Assembly: GCF_009914755.1 (NCBI RefSeq)
Contig: NC_060940.1
Direction: 5' to 3' (one strand)
DNA length: 64,000 nt
DNA from: the human T2T-CHM13v2.0 reference genome, Homo sapiens
Shown: positions 28,280-40,871 of the stretch, in pieces
How the letters are laid out: every line of letters begins with the position of its first letter
Position numbering within the stretch: position 1 is the first letter of the stretch
The notes under the pieces: model-generated
The model's database searches: none
Told to the model about the DNA's origin: nothing
Seen by the model: only the letters and a program-made list of their open reading frames with translations
Translations under genes and position numbers: made by a program

Positions 28280-28756
28280 GAGTCTTTCGGGGCTGCCGTG
28301 ATAAATCAGCACAGACCAGGAGCTTCCACAGCAAGGATCTGTTCTCCCACGGCTCTGAGACCAAGCTGTCTGCAGGGCCGGCTCCTTCTGCGGTGCTGGA
28401 GGGGTGGGGGCGGGCATCTGCTCCAGGCCTCTCTCCAGGTTCTGGGGGATGGGGGAGTCTCTGGTGCGCCCGGCGGGTTCTGGGGGATGGGGGAGTCTCT
28501 GGTGCGCCCAGGCTTGTAGACGCATCACCACGATCTCCGCCTCCCTCTTCACCCAGCGTTCTCCCTGCGTGCACAGCTCAGTGTCCACACCTGCCCTTTC
28601 TAGAAGGAAGCTAGTTCTGTGGGGTGAGGGCCCACCCTAGCGATCTCACCTGGATCATCTTGAAAGACCCTATTTCCCAGGAAGGCCATCGTCTGTGGTG
28701 TTGGGGGGTTAGAACTTCAACTTATAAATTGGTGGGGGGCTCCATCCAACCCGTAA
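28280..28756 (-). mobile_element. MLT1C-like LTR with an internal ~38-bp duplication
   Basis: gcttgtagacgcatcaccacgatctccgcctcc...gggcccacccta...aaagaccctatttccc...ggggttagaacttcaac. ggttctgggggatgggggagtctctggtgcgccc occurs twice. Confidence 0.75.
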
Positions 28757-28850
28757 GGTAAACCTCTTAGGCCTCACAGTCTTGGGTGGGGGCGTATCCC
28801 CTTGGGATTCCCAGAGCCAGCACCTGTGGGGACTGAGGGTGGAGTAGGAG

Positions 28851-29098
28851 TTTGACCCTCGAGACAGGGTTCCAGATCTTGGCAGGTGCAGCCCTCCTAA
28901 ATGAGTCCATCCATGGTGGGTGAGCCTCCTGCACCCTTTCGCCCATCTTCTGGGCTCCTGGCCTTGAGCCATTCATGTTTTGACCCTCGAGAGAGGGCTC
29001 CAGATCTTCGCAGGTGCAGCCCCCCTAAATGAGTCCAGCCATGGTGAGTGAGCCTCCTGCACCCCTTCACCCATCTTCTGGACTCCTGGCCTTGAGCC
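28851..29098. repeat. Tandem duplication, ~128-bp unit, 2 copies
   Basis: tttgaccctcgaga.aggg.tccagatctt.gcaggtgcagccc...ctcctggccttgagcc at 28851 and 28979. Confidence 0.9.
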
Positions 29099-29682
29099 TC
29101 AATCAACTGGCTTGGATGAGAAGCCAGTCACACTGGATTGGGCCAATAATATGGGTTTTGGGACTGAGTCAATGCAGCCCTTCTCAGCCGCCTGCACTGG
29201 TGCCTGCAGGTGACTCATCTGGGCTGCCACACACATCACCCTCCAGGGCATTGAATTCCAGCCCGGCCAGGGCTGCGGGGGCTGGTGGGAGGCTGGGCCT
29301 GGGGCAGCTACCAAACCACAGATACGAGAAGCTTGGAAATGCCACACAGGATAACACAGCAACAGTATGGCAAACAACGAAAACCCACACCCAGGCACAT
29401 AATGTTCAAACTCCAGAGAACCAAAGACAAAGAGAAAATTATGAAAAGAAGTTGATGCGGGAGGAGGACTGAGCATTTTATATAGTTAACACCAGAGAAG
29501 GCAGGAAAAGATGGAAAAAGCAAGACTCTTCAAGGGAAGAAGCAGAATTCAAAGTGTCTACAGTGCATCATCCCCAGTACTCAACATACAACACTGCTGG
29601 GTACACGGAAAAACAGGAATGCAGAGCCCATAGTCAACAGAAAAAACAGTTACTAGTAGTAGACACTGAGATGCCAAAGTTA

Positions 29683-30204
<522 letters not shown>

Positions 30205-30354
30205 CCCAGTCCTCACCCCAAAAGAAGTGTGCTCAACTGCTTAACAAAAAAATGTGATCACAATGGGTGAACAGACAGGGCTTCACATAAAACAATGAAA
30301 CAAATAGAAATCCTAGAACTAAAAAGTATAATACCTGAAATAAAAAATTCACTG

Positions 30355-30847
30355 GGCCAGGCGCGGTGGCTCACACCTGTAATCCCAGCACTTTGGGAGG
30401 CCGGGCGTGGTGGCTCACACCTGTAATCCCAGCACTTTGGGAGGCCGGGCGTGGCGGCACACACTTGGAATCCCAGCACTTTGGGAGGCCGGGCACGGCG
30501 GCTCACACCTGGAATCCCAGCACTTTGGGAGGCTGGGCAAGATGGCGCACACCTGGAATCCCAGCATTTTGGGAGGTCAGGCACAGTGGCTCACACCTGA
30601 AATCCCAGCACTTTGGGAGGCCGGGCAAGGTGGCTCACACCTGTAATCCCAGCACTTTGGGAGGCCGGGCACGGCGGTGCACACCTGGAATCCCAGCACT
30701 TTAGGAGGTCGGGCGTGGTGGCTCACACCTGTAATCCCAGCACTTTGGGAGGTCAGGCGCGGTGGCTCACATCTGGAATCACACCTGTAATCCACTGCAC
30801 TCTAGCCTGGGAGATGCAGTGAGACCCTGTCTCAAAACAAAACAAAG
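30355..30847 (+). repeat. Alu-head-derived minisatellite (44-bp unit, 9 full + 1 partial copy) fused to an Alu 3' end
   Basis: ggccgggcgtggtggctcacacctgtaatcccagcactttggga units start at 30355, 30399, 30443, 30487, 30531, 30575, 30619, 30663, 30707 and 30751. Then actgcactctagcctggg...gagaccctgtctcaaaa. Confidence 0.95.
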
Positions 30848-31280
30848 CTAATTAGACTGGATAGGCTTAACAGCATATTGCAATGATAGAAGAAAAGATC
30901 AATGAACTTGAAGACAGAGCAGTGGTAATCATCTAAAGAACAGAAAGTTTAAAATCACTAAAAAAGAGAGGCAGAGCCAAGTCACAGAACAATGTGAAAT
31001 TGCCAACTCCACGTGTAATTGGAGTCTCCAAATGGGAGGAGAGAGAGATTGGAGCTCAAATACATTATTTAGAGAAATAATGGCCCAAACTTCCCTGGAC
31101 GTAGTGAAAAGCATCAATTTATAGACCCAAGAAGTTCAGCTAACTTCAAACAGGATAAATAGAAACACATCTGTAGGCACAGCACAGTCAAACTGCTGAA
31201 AACTGACGAAAATGTGGAAGAAGCCGGAGAAGAGGGTGGCCAGAAGTGCCAAATGCTGCTGCCTCCTCATCAAAAACCAG

Positions 31281-31570
31281 AGGGCGGAGGGCGGAGGGCG
31301 GGGGGGCGGAGGGAGGAGGGCAGAGGGCGGGGGGCGGGACAGAGGGAGGAGGGAGGAGGTAGGAGGGCGGAGGGAGGGGGCGGGGGGCAGAGGGCGGAGG
31401 GAGGGGGCGGGGCAGAGGGCGGAGGGAGGGGGCGGGGCAGAGGGAGGAGGGAGGAGGGCGGAGGGAGGGGGCGGGGCAGAGGGAGGAGGGAGGAGGGCGG
31501 AGGGAGGGGGCGGGGCAGAGGGAGGAGGGCGGGGGGCGGGGGGCGGGGGGCGGGGGGCGGAGGGCAGAGG
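31281..31570. repeat. G-rich (GGGCGG/GGAGG) repeat expanded inside L1 sequence
   Basis: About 20 GGGCGG motifs in 290 bp, with L1-like sequence on both sides. Confidence 0.9.
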
Positions 31571-33419
31571 AGTGAAAACAATGAGCCGCCCCCACCGCTC
31601 TGAATCCAGCAGGAAATCCTCAGAGTGAAGGTGAAGGTGAAATAAAAGCGCTCTGAAGTAAATGAAACTGAGAACATTTGCCGTCCTAAGAGCCGCATGA
31701 CAAAAACATGCTAAAGCTGCGTAATCTGCACAAGATAAGGAACTCACTGACGGGCAGGGTGGCGACAGCCCATGTGCGACCGTGCAGGTGAACAAGGCGC
31801 CTGTCCTCCCCTCGTCATCTCTTTTAAAGGGCAAATCTGCAGGCGTGTGTGTCCAGCATCATGAGCTTCGTGGGGTCTGAGTCATAGAACGTGTGAGGAC
31901 AGGAGCGTGAGGCGTGGGCGTGGGGAGGGAACCGCACTGCTGCAAGGGGCTTGGGTTTCTCATCAAACGGCGCCACATCTTCAGATGTCTCTGGAAGCCG
32001 AATTGAGACTGGATTTGGGTGTGTGAAGATGTTTAGGACCAGCACGTGTGAAGGGAAGCAGGCAGGGCTGACGTGTGGTGCAGGCCCCACGGGGCCGTGT
32101 GACCCCACGGGCAGCTCTGGTGCACTAGGGGCCCATCCGGCTGGCACTGTGGGAGGACCTGCACAGCCCAGCCTTCATCGGTCACTAGACTCCATCTTTC
32201 CGGGAAGGACAGGGCCGTGGGAAAGGTGACCCTGAAGGAACAGACGGGGTACCCTGTGCTTCTAGGAGCGATCTGAGCAGCACCAACCTTGAAAGCGGAC
32301 TCCAGGCAGACCGCGCCGTCTGTCTTCTCTCTTGCTGCCACGTGTCCGCCATCCCTCCAGATGGACCAGTCCCCAGACGTTCCCTGCACCCACACACACC
32401 TCCGTCCCTGGGCTGGGGCCTCTCCCATGCCCGGGGCTTCCTCCGCTGCCCCCTCCTCTGTCTGTGCCCCCTCCTCCTCCAACCCGGAATCGCTCAAGGC
32501 CGCTAGAGTGACCCACGCTGTGCCTCCTGTGTGGCCCAGTGGTGCTGCAGCCTCATCGCGATGTCGGAGGTGACCCCACGCCCACTGCTTCCTTGTGGGG
32601 AATGGAGCCTCCGCACCTGCAGGGAGTGGGGAGGGGCCCTTTCCAGCCTCGACCTTTCTCCTTCTAACGAGGAGCCACATGGGTGCTCTGCCAGCTTCCA
32701 GCACCTCCTGTTCTTCAGAGAGAATTCTGGAAAATAACAATTCCTGACCAACATGCAGCCCCCACGAATACTCAGAGTCCCAGTTTTTAAAGCCACCTTA
32801 GCCGCCTCCATCCAGCTTCTGCCCTGGTGTGGCCTCTGGTCAGCACTCACTGTCTATGAAGAAGACAGAGAACTGGGCCTGCCCATCCCCCAGGGGTGGG
32901 CTCCATACTCTATTTGGCCTGGATCACTGGGGAGAGGATGCGTGGGTCAGGCGGGCTGGGATTGCTGTTGGGCGGCAAGACCCTCCACTCGACACAGCCA
33001 CGGCTTCCGTGTGAGTCGGGCAAGTCCTCCATGTGGTGACTCAGGGATCCAGGCTGCAGGCTGCTGAGATCTGAAGCCACAGCTTCTGCATCTCCAGGGA
33101 GGAGGAGGAGTGCTGACAGCACGGCCGGGAGATGTGGGGGCCAAGTGTGCTTGGGGAGCACCATGCTGCCCGGCTGCCACGAGTTTCCTGGGCTCAGCAC
33201 CCTGGGAGCCTCCTGTGCTCGGCTCCCGACAACCCTAAGCTGCTGGCACTCCACCTCATTCCTGCGCTGGGGGAAATTCCTGCGGGTGGAGGCTCCAGGC
33301 TCCCGGCTGCAGACTCGGAGTGGATTGAGTCCTGCCATCTGCCCAAGAGGGGTCACAGCCAGGTGGGGGTCCGTGTGTGTCCTCTGGCTGAGTATCAAAG
33401 CACCAACACTCTGGGGGCC

Positions 33420-33790
33420 ATGACAGTGGAAGTTGGGGCTCTCACAGCCTGCAGCGGTGAGCTGACATCAAGGTGCGGGCAGCGCTGGCTTCCTCTGAAG
33501 GCGCTGGGAGCCCTTCCCGCCTCATCCAGCTCCCGGGGCTCCCTGGCTCGTGGCCCTCACTCCCATCTCTGCCTCTGTCCGCACGCAGCTGCCTTCCCTG
33601 CGCATCTGACTCCATCCTCCTTCTCTTCTAAGGGTACTGGCCGTTGGATTTAGGGCCCACCCTACCCAGGACGATGTCATCTCAAGATCCTTCACTTAAG
33701 TTTTCCTGCAAAGACCCTTTTTCTGAATAAGGTTACATTTCCAGGCTCTGGGTTTTAGGATGTGTCCACTGGCAACATGAAACTGGGGAG
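33420..33790 (-). mobile_element. MLT1 LTR (C/D/E-like)
   Basis: catcaaggtg..gcagcgctggcttcctctgaagg...ttggatttagggcccacccta.ccaggacgatgtcatctcaagatcctt...ctgcaaagaccctttt. Confidence 0.75.
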
Positions 33791-35541
33791 CTGGGGGGAC
33801 AGAGGAGCTGGGGGGACAGAGGAGCTGGGGGGACAGAGGAGCCTGGGGGACCCAGGAGCCGGAGGGACAGAGGAACCGGGGGGACAGAGCAGCCGGAGGG
33901 ACGCAGGAGCCGGAGGGACAGAGGAGCCGGGGGGACAGAGGAGCCGGAGCCGGGGGGACAGAAGAGCTGGGGGGACAGAGGAACCGGGGGGACAGAGGAG
34001 CCGGAGGGACGCAGGAGCCGGAGGGACAGAGGAGCCGGGGGGACAGAGGAGCCGGGAGGACAGAGGAGCCGGGGGGACAGAGGAGCCGGGAGGACAGAGG
34101 AGCCGGGGGGACAGAGGAGCCGGAGCCGGGGGGACAGAAGAGCTGGGGGGACAGAGGAACCGGGGGGACAGAAGAGCTGGGGGGACGGAGGAGCCGGGGG
34201 GACAGAGGAGCCGGGAGGACAGAGGAGCCGGGGGGACAGAAGAGCTGGGGGGACAGAGGAACCGGGGGGACAGAGGAGCCGGGAGGACAGAGGAGCCGGG
34301 GGGACAGAGGAGCCGGAGCCAGGGGGACAGAAGAGCTGGGGGGACAGAGGAACCGGGGGGACAGAGGAGCCGGGGGGACAGAGGAGCCGGAGCCGGGGGG
34401 ACAGAGGAGCCGGGGGGACAGAGGAGCCGGAGCCGGGGGGACAGAAGAGCTGGGGGGACAGAGGAACCGGGGGGACAGAGGAGCCGGGGGGACAGAGGAG
34501 CCGGAGGGACGCAGGAGCCGGAGGGACAGAGGAACTGGGGGGACAGAGGAGCCGGGAGGACAGAGGAGCCGGGGGGACAGAGGAGCTGGGGGGACAGAGG
34601 AGCCGGAGCCGGGGGGACAGAAGAGCTGGGGGGACAGAGGAGCCGGGGGGACAGAGGAGCCGGAGCCGGGGGGACAGAAGACCCGGGGGGACAGAGGAGC
34701 CGGAGGGACGCAGGAGCCGGGGGGACAGAGGAGCGGGAGCCGGGGGGACAGAAGACCTGGGGGGACAGAGGAGCCGGAGGGACGCAGGAGCTGGGGGGAC
34801 ATAGGAGCCGGGGGGACAGAGGAGCCGGAGCCGGGGGGACAGAGGAGCCGGGGGGACAGAAGAGCTGGGGGGACAGAGGAGCCGGGGGGACACGAGCCGG
34901 GGGGACAGAGGAACCGGGGGGACAGAGCAGCCGGAGGGACGCAGGAGCCGGAGGGACAGAGGAGCCGGGGGGACAGAGGAGCCGGAGCCGGGGGGACAGA
35001 AGAGCTGGGGGGACAGAGGAACCGGGGGGACAGAGGAGCCGGAGGGACGCAGGAGCCGGAGGGACAGAGGAGCCGGGGGGACAGAGGAGCCGGGAGGACA
35101 GAGGAGCCGGGGGGACAGAGGAGCCGGAGCCGGGGGGACAGAAGAGCTGGGGGGACAGAGGAACCGGGGGGGACAGAAGAGCTGGGGGGACAGAGGAGCC
35201 GGGGGGACAGAGGAGCCGGGAGGACAGAGGAGCCGGAGCCGGGGGGACAGAAGACCCGGGGGGACAGAGGAGCCGGAGGGACGCAGGAGCCGGGGGGACA
35301 GAGGAGCCGGAGCCGGGGGGACAGAAGACCCGGGGGGACAGAGGAGCCGGAGGGACGCAGGAGCTGGGGGGACATAGGAGCCGGGGGGACAGAGGAGCCG
35401 GAGCCGGGGGGACAGAGGAGCCGGGGGGACAGAAGAGCTGGGGGGACAGAGGAGCCGGGGGGACACAGGAGCCGGGGGGACAGAGGAGCCGGGGGGACAG
35501 AGGAGCCGGGGGGACAGAAGAGCTGGGGGGACAGAGGAGCC
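33787..35541. repeat. G-rich VNTR, 17-bp unit GACAGAGGAGCCGGGGG (plus 23-bp variants), ~100 copies
   Basis: 17-bp periodicity (gac at 33798, 33815...). Variant blocks such as ggagggacgcaggagc and gacatagg recur. Confidence 0.97.
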
Positions 35542-36384
35542 AGGCTCAGTGGGGGTCAGGGTGTAGGCTCCAGCCCCTCTGCCCATCCCATCTGCTTTGC
35601 CAGCCCCAGTTTCGCTGAATTGTCTCATGAGCGTGTTCTGACCCCTGCCTCACAGGAGGGGCGGCACGGCAAGGCGGTGGATGGGCCAGGCCCCGGGTCA
35701 GCTCGGCCTCGGCGAGGCTGAGCAGGTCACGTGCCACCTCCATCCTGCGTTCTGCTTTCCATCACGAGCTACAGCAGGAGCAAGGTGGCCGTGACCGAGA
35801 ACCCCTTGGAACCCCAGTTTCGTTGTCTGAGAGGAAGATAACTGCATCTCTCGCAGGATCAGGTGGCAGCAGAAGAGACGGTGGACGCACTCAAAACCAT
35901 CCCGTTCCTCGACTGGGGCGGGCTGTGTTGTGCACACCCGGCCCGGCCCCACACCCAGGCCCCACACCCAGGCCCCACCATCAGGGGCACCCAGCTGGCA
36001 TTTGGAGTGGAGCCCTCAGAGGGGGCTGGGCTGGGACTGGGATCCCGGGGGAGAAGCGAGGAGAGCCTGCATGGGAGCAGCAGAGGCTGCCCAGGGAGGC
36101 TGTGGGGCTTGGATCTGGATCTGGAGGGGAGAATCACTGGGGAGCACCCCCCCACCCCCCAACCCGGCAACGGCAGCCAGGAAGGGCTGGAAGCAGACGG
36201 GAACGAAAGCAGGAGATGGAAGATAGGAGAAGATAGGAGAAGAGAGCAGATGAGGCCGGGACCGAGGGGGAGAGGCTGCGGTGGGGAAAGGAGGTGCTGG
36301 GGAGAAGGGAAGCCCAGACCGCTACCCCTCACCCCCTTTTCCCCAGCCTGGCCGAGGGGCAGGGGCCGCAGGAAGATGTAAGCG

Positions 36385-36790
36385 ACCAACAGCCTTGCCT
36401 TGTTGCAAAGAAAATATTCCCTGAAAGACATTAAAATGAAGTAAATAAAAGAGATAAAAATGGAAATATCAAGGCAGCAACTTCTCTTCTGATTACAAAG
36501 CAGGCAGCGGGAAGCAGCGGGAGCCCATGAGGACGCAGCTGCACAGCCGGGCGGGCCTGATAAGGCCTCGTAGCCTGCGCGGGCGAGATAAAGCCAGCAC
36601 GCGCCTGTCCTCAATCCCGGCCGCCATCAACATGCAGACAGCCTGAGCGACTGGCATTCCAGATAGAATAAGCACGCACGGCCGCGCTATTACTGAGACC
36701 TTATTAATCCGCCTGCAGGCGTTTAAATGCCGTGGGAAATATGGAGTTTACCAGCGCAGCTGACGGGGACTTGACACTTCATCACGTTGT
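36385..36790. promoter_or_regulatory. Candidate enhancer: GATA-dense, CpG-rich unique island
   Basis: AGATAA at 36452, TGATAA at 36558, AGATAA at 36586, AGATAG at 36661. Also forkhead-like GTAAATA at 36441, CATTCC, CAGCTG x2 and many retained CpGs. Confidence 0.6.
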
Positions 36791-37024
36791 TCCCTCTCAG
36801 CCTCTCTCCTTGGCCATCGTCTCTGGGCCCCAAGTTTCAGTTGGAAGGGAAGTTTTCAGGTGCAGGTGGAGGGGCCAGGAGGAGGGGGCCTCCAAGCACC
36901 TGGTGAGTGGGGAATCCCATGGGGTCACACCCCTCCGGGGAGCTGTCCCTGAGGTCTGGGTGGAGAGGCCGAGTGGCGGCAGTCTACCGCGTGTGCGCAG
37001 CCTGGCGACATCTCACCGTTTTAA

Positions 37025-37556
<532 letters not shown>

Positions 37557-37984
37557 GAGTTCTATCTTTTCTGTCGTTGCGGTGTCGGCCCAGCTGGCAG
37601 AGACAAGTGCTGAACACACGACCACATAAACAACTTTGCTCCTGCGGGGAAGGAGGTGAGCTGGTGCCGGAGCCGCCTCAGGGCCCTGTGAGGAGGAGGC
37701 CATTCCTGCTGAGGCTGGGTCAGCCAGGCCGCCACTCTGCCTGCGTCCTCCATGGCTGCAATGCCCTCCATGGGAAGCCCAGGCCACCGGGTCTGGCCTC
37801 CTTTCTGGTCTGGGCTTGCTCTGCTCATGGCCTCACATGAGCTGCAGGCCCCCTGGAGCCCTCTTCCTCCAGACGTCCTTGCAGCCCGCCCACCTCCTTC
37901 AAGGCCTTGCTCAACTGCCACCTCCCCAGAGAGGACTCTGGGACCAGCCCCTCCCTTTAATGCACTCCTCCTTGCCCACACATA

Positions 37985-38130
37985 GGAGCAGGTGCCACGG
38001 GAGCGGGTGCCAGGAGAGCAAATGCCACAGGACCAGGTGCCACGAGAGTGGGTGCCATGGGAGCAGGTGCCAGGAGAGCAAATGCCACGGGTCCGGGTGC
38101 CACGAGAGTGGGTGCCACGGGAGCAGGCAC
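37985..38130. repeat. Minisatellite, 15-bp unit (GGAGCAGGTGCCACG) with a 60-bp higher-order period, ~9 copies
   Basis: tgcca at 37993, 38008, 38023, 38038...; gagagcaaatgccac recurs 60 bp apart. Confidence 0.88.
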
Positions 38131-38590
38131 GTGTGTCCACTTCCTCCCCCACTCCTTCCTCAGGCTGAAAACAGCAAGTGGAGTATGGCAGGCATCGCTC
38201 CAGGGCTGTCAGGAGCAGTGGGGTTGGATGCAGGGGTGGGCTGGGAGGTGGGATGCTGAGGCAATCGGGGGCTGGGCCAGTCAGAGGTGAGTACAGGGGA
38301 GGGACCTCCAGGCAGAGGGACTGGCTTGAGCAAAGGCTTCGAGGTGGAGGTTTTAGGTGGGTGAGGAGCAGAAGGCCAACGCGGGTGGCTGAGGAGAGGG
38401 CAAGGAAGAAGAGGCAGGAGTCCACCGCCAGTGCCAACCAGGGGCCTCGGGGCACCGCTCCAGGAGCAACCCCAGAGTGCATCCACCTCCTCCCGGGTGG
38501 GCCACGCCTTGAGGTGCTGACGGCGCCCCAAACTCCACTCCCCGGAATCGGCCCAGGCTCAGCCACATCGGCCCGGGCTCCTACAGAAGC

Positions 38591-38652
38591 CGACCTGGAG
38601 ACGAGGAACTGACCTGGAGACGAGGAACTGACCTGGAGACAAGGAACTGACT
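38591..38652. repeat. 19-bp tandem repeat, 3 copies
   Basis: gacctggagacgaggaact repeated. Confidence 0.85.
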
Positions 38653-38944
38653 GCAAGTGGACCATTTGCAGGGCGACCCCAAGGGCAGGGGAGTGAGATG
38701 GGAGGGCAAGATCCCCGAAGAAGTAGGCGCCATCAGCCAGTCACTGCTGAGGGGAGTGGCACCTCCTCCAGGTGGGGGTCTCTGGGGAACGCGTGGAGCA
38801 CAGCTCAGAGCTGCCCCAGGGCTGGGAGTGAGCTATGTGCACACCGGCTCCCTCCAGCCACCAGACAGATGCTCCCTGCTTGGGGCTGCTGCGTGGTCAC
38901 AGGCTCCAGCAGCCAAACAGAGGTGGGACCTGGCTGGTGGGCAC

Positions 38945-40185
38945 CCCTCTCCCCTCCCTCCCTCTCCATCTCTTCCCCACTCCCCTCCCTCCTCCTCCAT
39001 CTCCTCCCCCTCCCCTCCCTCCCCCTCTATCTCTTCCCCACTCCCCTCCCTCCTCCTCCATCTCCTCCCCCTCCCCTCCCTCCCCCTCTATCTCCTCCCC
39101 ACTCCCCTCCCTCTGCCTCCATCTCCCCCCTCCCCTCCCTCCCCCTCCATCTCTTCCCCACTCCCCTCCCTATCCCTCCATCTCCTCCCGCTCCTCTACC
39201 TCCCCCTCCATCCCCTCCCCCTCCCCTCCATCTCCTCCCCACTCCCCTCCCTCCCCCTGCATCTCCTCACTCCCCTCCCTCCTTCGCCCTCTCCTCCTCA
39301 CTCCCTTCTTCTCCCCACTCCCCTCTTCTCCCTCCATCTCCTTTCCACTCCCCTCCCCCTCCACCCTCTCGCCACTCCCCTCCTGCCCATCCATCTCCTT
39401 CCTCCCCCTTCATCTCCTCCCCACTCTCCTCCCTACCCCTCCATCTCCTTCCTCACTCCCCTCCCTCCTTTGCTGTCTCCTCCCCACTCCCCTCTTCTCC
39501 CTTCATCTCCTCCCCACTCCCCTCCCTCCCTCTCCATCTCCTCCCCACTCCCCTCCATCTCCTCCTCACTCCCCTCCATCTCCTCCTCACTCCCCTCCAT
39601 CTCCTCCTCACTCCTCTCCCTCCTTGGCCCTCTCCTCCCCACTCCCCTCTTCTCCCTCCATCTCCTCCTCACTCCCCTCCATCTCCTCCTCACTCCCCTC
39701 CCTCCTTCGCCCTCTCCTCCCCACTCCCTTCTTCTCCCTCCATTTCCTCCTCACTCCGCTCCATCTCCTCCTTACTCCCCTCCCTCCTTCGCCCTCTCCT
39801 CCCCACTCCCCTCTTCTCCCTCCATCTCCTCCTCACTCCCCTCCATCTCCTCCCCACTCCCCTCTTCTCCCTCCATCTCCTCCCCACTCCCCTCTCCCTC
39901 CATCTCCTCCCCACTCCCCTCCATCTCCTCCCCACTCCCCTCTTCTCCCTCCATCTCCTCCCCACTCCCCTCCCTCCTTTGCCCTCTCCTCCCCACTCCC
40001 CTCTTCTCCCTCCATCTCCTTCCCACTCCCCTCCATCTCCTCCCCACTCCCCTCTTCTCCCTCCATCTTCTCCCCACTCCCCTCTTCTCCCTCCATCTCC
40101 TCCCCACTCCCCTCTTCTCCCTCCATCTCCTCCCACTCCCCTCTTCTCCCTCCATCTCCTCCCCACTCCCCCCTCCCCTTCCATC
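38945..40185. repeat. ~1.24-kb pyrimidine-rich degenerate VNTR (CTCCATCTCCTCCCCACTCCC core)
   Basis: Recurring ctccatctcctccccactccc and ctcttctcc modules; G nearly absent. Confidence 0.95.
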
Positions 40186-40569
40186 ACTTTTCCTTTGCCT
40201 TCTTCTGGTCCCAGAAGGCCGGCAGGAGAAGCCTCATTTCCTCCTACCTGGGTAGATACAAGCATGTTTAAAAGAAAACAGGCACAAATGAGAAAAACTT
40301 CAGAACACCCACGGGGCAGAAGAAAACCTGACTTCCTACTCCTGTGGCTGAGAAGCCTCTGGCCCCGTCTCTCAGGACAGACCACTGCTGTTGGGGGACA
40401 GTGGCCAGCTCCTCCTTGTGGCTGTCTCTGGCTGCCCCTGGTCCATATCACCTCCAGTGCTGTACTTTCTCTCCCCAGAGGCGGGTCTATGTGGGTACCT
40501 GGCCTTATTCATGAGCAAATGCCATGGCCCCCGGGGGGCAAGAGCTTGTGGTGAGCAGGATTGTTCTCT

Positions 40570-40635
40570 GCAGATATTAGTGATCATTAGCAATCATTAA
40601 TTAGAATGATAAATAAATGATTGACGGTGACAGTG
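40570..40635. promoter_or_regulatory. AT-rich homeodomain/PBX/MEIS motif island
   Basis: TAATTA at 40598-40603; TGATAAAT at 40607-40614; TGATTGAC at 40618-40625; TGACAG at 40628-40633. Confidence 0.45.
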
Positions 40636-40871
40636 GGAAGGTCTCTCTTGGGAGTGGGTTCCCAGTGGGACACAGGGGACTTGGCTGAGCCATCTACCTC
40701 ACCCTCACATGGGATCAGAGGCTCTGACACCCACCTGGGCTGCCCAGAGGCTGGTTCTGTGAGACCCACCTCATGCACAGGATGAGGCTCCGATGGAGAG
40801 GCAGCCCGGGGTTCTGGTGTGTAAAGGACTGCAGGGAGTCCAGGTCTCCAGAGTGGGTCAGTGTCCACCAT

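Noticed and set aside
33696-35628. 559-631-aa ORFs across the 17-bp VNTR
   Set aside because: The unit length is not a multiple of 3 and the strand composition precludes stops. No domain, splice or promoter support.
38657-40554. 478-618-aa Pro/Ser/Leu-rich ORFs
   Set aside because: Translations of the pyrimidine-rich repeat.
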